A stretch of DNA of 64,000 nt from an uncultured bacterium. GTDB lineage: Bacteria; Margulisbacteria; WOR-1; CAVSGV01. Location: NCBI GenBank assembly GCA_963768305.1, contig CAVYHE010000004.1, positions 69,555-133,554 of the forward strand. Reading direction: 5' to 3'. Below the pieces are notes generated by a model. The model was not told where the DNA came from. It worked only from the letters and a program-made list of their open reading frames with translations, and searched no databases. A program made the translations under genes and the position numbers. Shown here one piece after another: positions 62,315-64,000 of the stretch (positions are counted from its first letter, which is position 1; each line of letters starts with the position of its first letter).

Positions 62315-64000
62315 TAGTTTTTACATTATTATATACGTTATGTAATTTTCTCGCCGCGGCATACTTTTTCAGGAGCAGTTTCAGCTTTTCTTTTCCGTGG
62401 CTTCCGTTCGGGATAGACCTTTCTTTTCGGCTGTATAGTTTCAACGCTTTCATAATTCTCGCCGCCGCGTCGTTCGGGCTGCTTGTGGCGCTTTATTCCG
62501 CCGCGTTCATGAAAGGTAAAAAATACGCGTGGCAGTTCTACGCTTTGCTTATTCTTTCGCTTATTTTTATTGATGGCGCCGTGCTTGCCGACAATCTTCT
62601 GGTCATGCTTTTCTTCTGGGAAGGATTGCTGGCGGCTTTGTTCGGAATGATCGCGATCGGAAGGGAAGGGGCGTTCAAGACAGCAACCAAGGCGTTCATC
62701 ATCCTTGGAATATGCGACCTTTGCATGATGTTCGGGATAATACTCACGGGTTCGCTCGCGGGAACTCTCACCATTTCACAGATCCATCTGCCTCTTGATA
62801 CTTTGGGCAGCATTGCTTTCATATTCCTGATGATAGGCGCTATCTCAAAAGGCGGCTGCATGCCTTTCCACAGCTGGATCCCGGATGCCGCGCTGGACGC
62901 GCCGCTCCCGTTCATGGCGCTTTTTCCTGCCTCCATCGAAAAGCTGATCGGTATTTATTTCCTCACAAGGATATCGCTTAACATGTTCGCGCTTACGGCA
63001 AATTCGTGGGTCAGCGTCCTTATGATGATCCTCGGCGGTTTGACGATCATCCTGGCGGTAATGATGGCGCTCATCCAGAAAAATTATAAGCGACTGCTTT
63101 CATATCACGCCATAAGCCAGGTAGGCTACATGATACTCGGCATCGGGACTTGTACTCCGGTAGGAATAGTCGGCGGGATATTCCACATGATAAATAATGC
63201 GATGTACAAGAGCTGCCTCTTTCTCACCGGCGGTTCCGTGGAAAAACAGGCCGGGACTGCCGACCTTGAAAAACTCGGCGGGCTTTGGGCTAAGATGCCG
63301 GTAACATTCCTGTGTTTCTTCATCACCGCCGTTTCCATCTCCGGGGTCCCTCCGTTCAACGGTTTCTTTTCAAAGGAACTTATATATGACGGCGCCCTGG
63401 AGAGAGGCATGATCTTTTATCTCGCGGCAGTTGTCGGCTCGTTCTTCACCGCGGCTTCATTCCTGAAATTGGGACACGCGGCTTTTCTTGGAAAGATAAA
63501 GGACGAGAACAGGAATGTTAAGGAAGCGCCGTGGTCAATGCTTATCCCGATGATAATTATCGCCGCGGGCTGCGTGATATTCGGGTTATGGAATTACATC
63601 CCGATAGGGATGATCGCGCCTGTTCTCGGGAGCCGCGCCGAAGGCCATGTTTTCGCAGGATTTCCGCCGAACATTATGCTGGTCATGATAACAGTAATAG
63701 TTCTATTAGGAGCGTTATTGAACCATATTTACGGGGCGGTGAGGAGGGGCAGCGGGCTTAAAGCCGCGGACCATATCCATTATGCGCCGGGTCTTTCAAC
63801 TGTTTATGACATGGCTGAAAAAAGATATTTTGATCCTTATGATATCGCGCTTAAGTTCGTCAGTTTCATATCAGCTATAGGGTGGGCTTGCGACCGCGGT
63901 ATCGACTGGATATATGATGTTTTTATAGTAAAGTTCGCGTTCATTTTCACAAATGCTTTCAGGAAAGCCCAGAACGGCAGTTTCGTTGTTTATCTACTAT
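62311..64000 (+). CDS. Second NuoL/MrpD-family membrane subunit, 3'-truncated by window edge
   Basis: FFWEG, KGGCMPFHSWIPDA, KRLLSYHAISQ, GVPPFNGFFSKE; ATG overlaps the upstream stop. Confidence 0.88.
   Translation, partial: MIVFTLLYTLCNFLAAAYFFRSSFSFSFPWLPFGIDLSFRLYSFNAFIILAAASFGLLVALYSAAFMKGKKYAWQFYALLILSLIFIDGAVLADNLLVMLFFWEGLLAALFGMIAIGREGAFKTATKAFIILGICDLCMMFGIILTGSLAGTLTISQIHLPLDTLGSIAFIFLMIGAISKGGCMPFHSWIPDAALDAPLPFMALFPASIEKLIGIYFLTRISLNMFALTANSWVSVLMMILGGLTIILAVMMALIQKNYKRLLSYHAISQVGYMILGIGTCTPVGIVGGIFHMINNAMYKSCLFLTGGSVEKQAGTADLEKLGGLWAKMPVTFLCFFITAVSISGVPPFNGFFSKELIYDGALERGMIFYLAAVVGSFFTAASFLKLGHAAFLGKIKDENRNVKEAPWSMLIPMIIIAAGCVIFGLWNYIPIGMIAPVLGSRAEGHVFAGFPPNIMLVMITVIVLLGALLNHIYGAVRRGSGLKAADHIHYAPGLSTVYDMAEKRYFDPYDIALKFVSFISAIGWACDRGIDWIYDVFIVKFAFIFTNAFRKAQNGSFVVYLL

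Overview
A 64-kb bacterial chromosomal window. It is mostly housekeeping: ftsI-like, trpS, scpAB, queE, alr, dnaX, recR, porCDAB, hup, fhs, folE, dprA, murF, rho, queF, a polyamine operon, uppP, hppA, mgtA, NuoL/MrpD-like subunits, tRNA-Leu(GAG) and tRNA-Asn(GTT). Many genes, including essential ones, carry single-base frameshifts, most likely sequencing or assembly indels. The gene content suggests an anaerobic fermenter, possibly a non-photosynthetic Cyanobacteria-sibling lineage such as Saganbacteria/Margulisbacteria (inference only). The main finding is an apparent secretion regulon with three parts. (1) A flagellar-type export cluster (fliK-flgD-short flgE-fliM-fliN-fliO-fliP-fliQ-fliR-flhB-flhA) lacks motAB, fliL, cheY and flhFG at their usual positions. 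(2) It is followed by a shortened FliA/sigma28-like factor. (3) A sigma28-like promoter, (G/C)TGAAAT(T/A)T-N12-G(A/T)CGATA(A/T), occurs six times with identical spacing: once upstream of the sigma operon and once upstream of each of five orphan or repurposed gene units. These units are a paralog pair with T9SS-CTD-like tails, LRV-like paralogs in two units, an N-terminally extended PTS enzyme I, and a helical-repeat triplet. All lack Sec signal peptides and are candidate substrates of a flagellum-derived secretion system. No CRISPR array, rRNA or transposase was seen.
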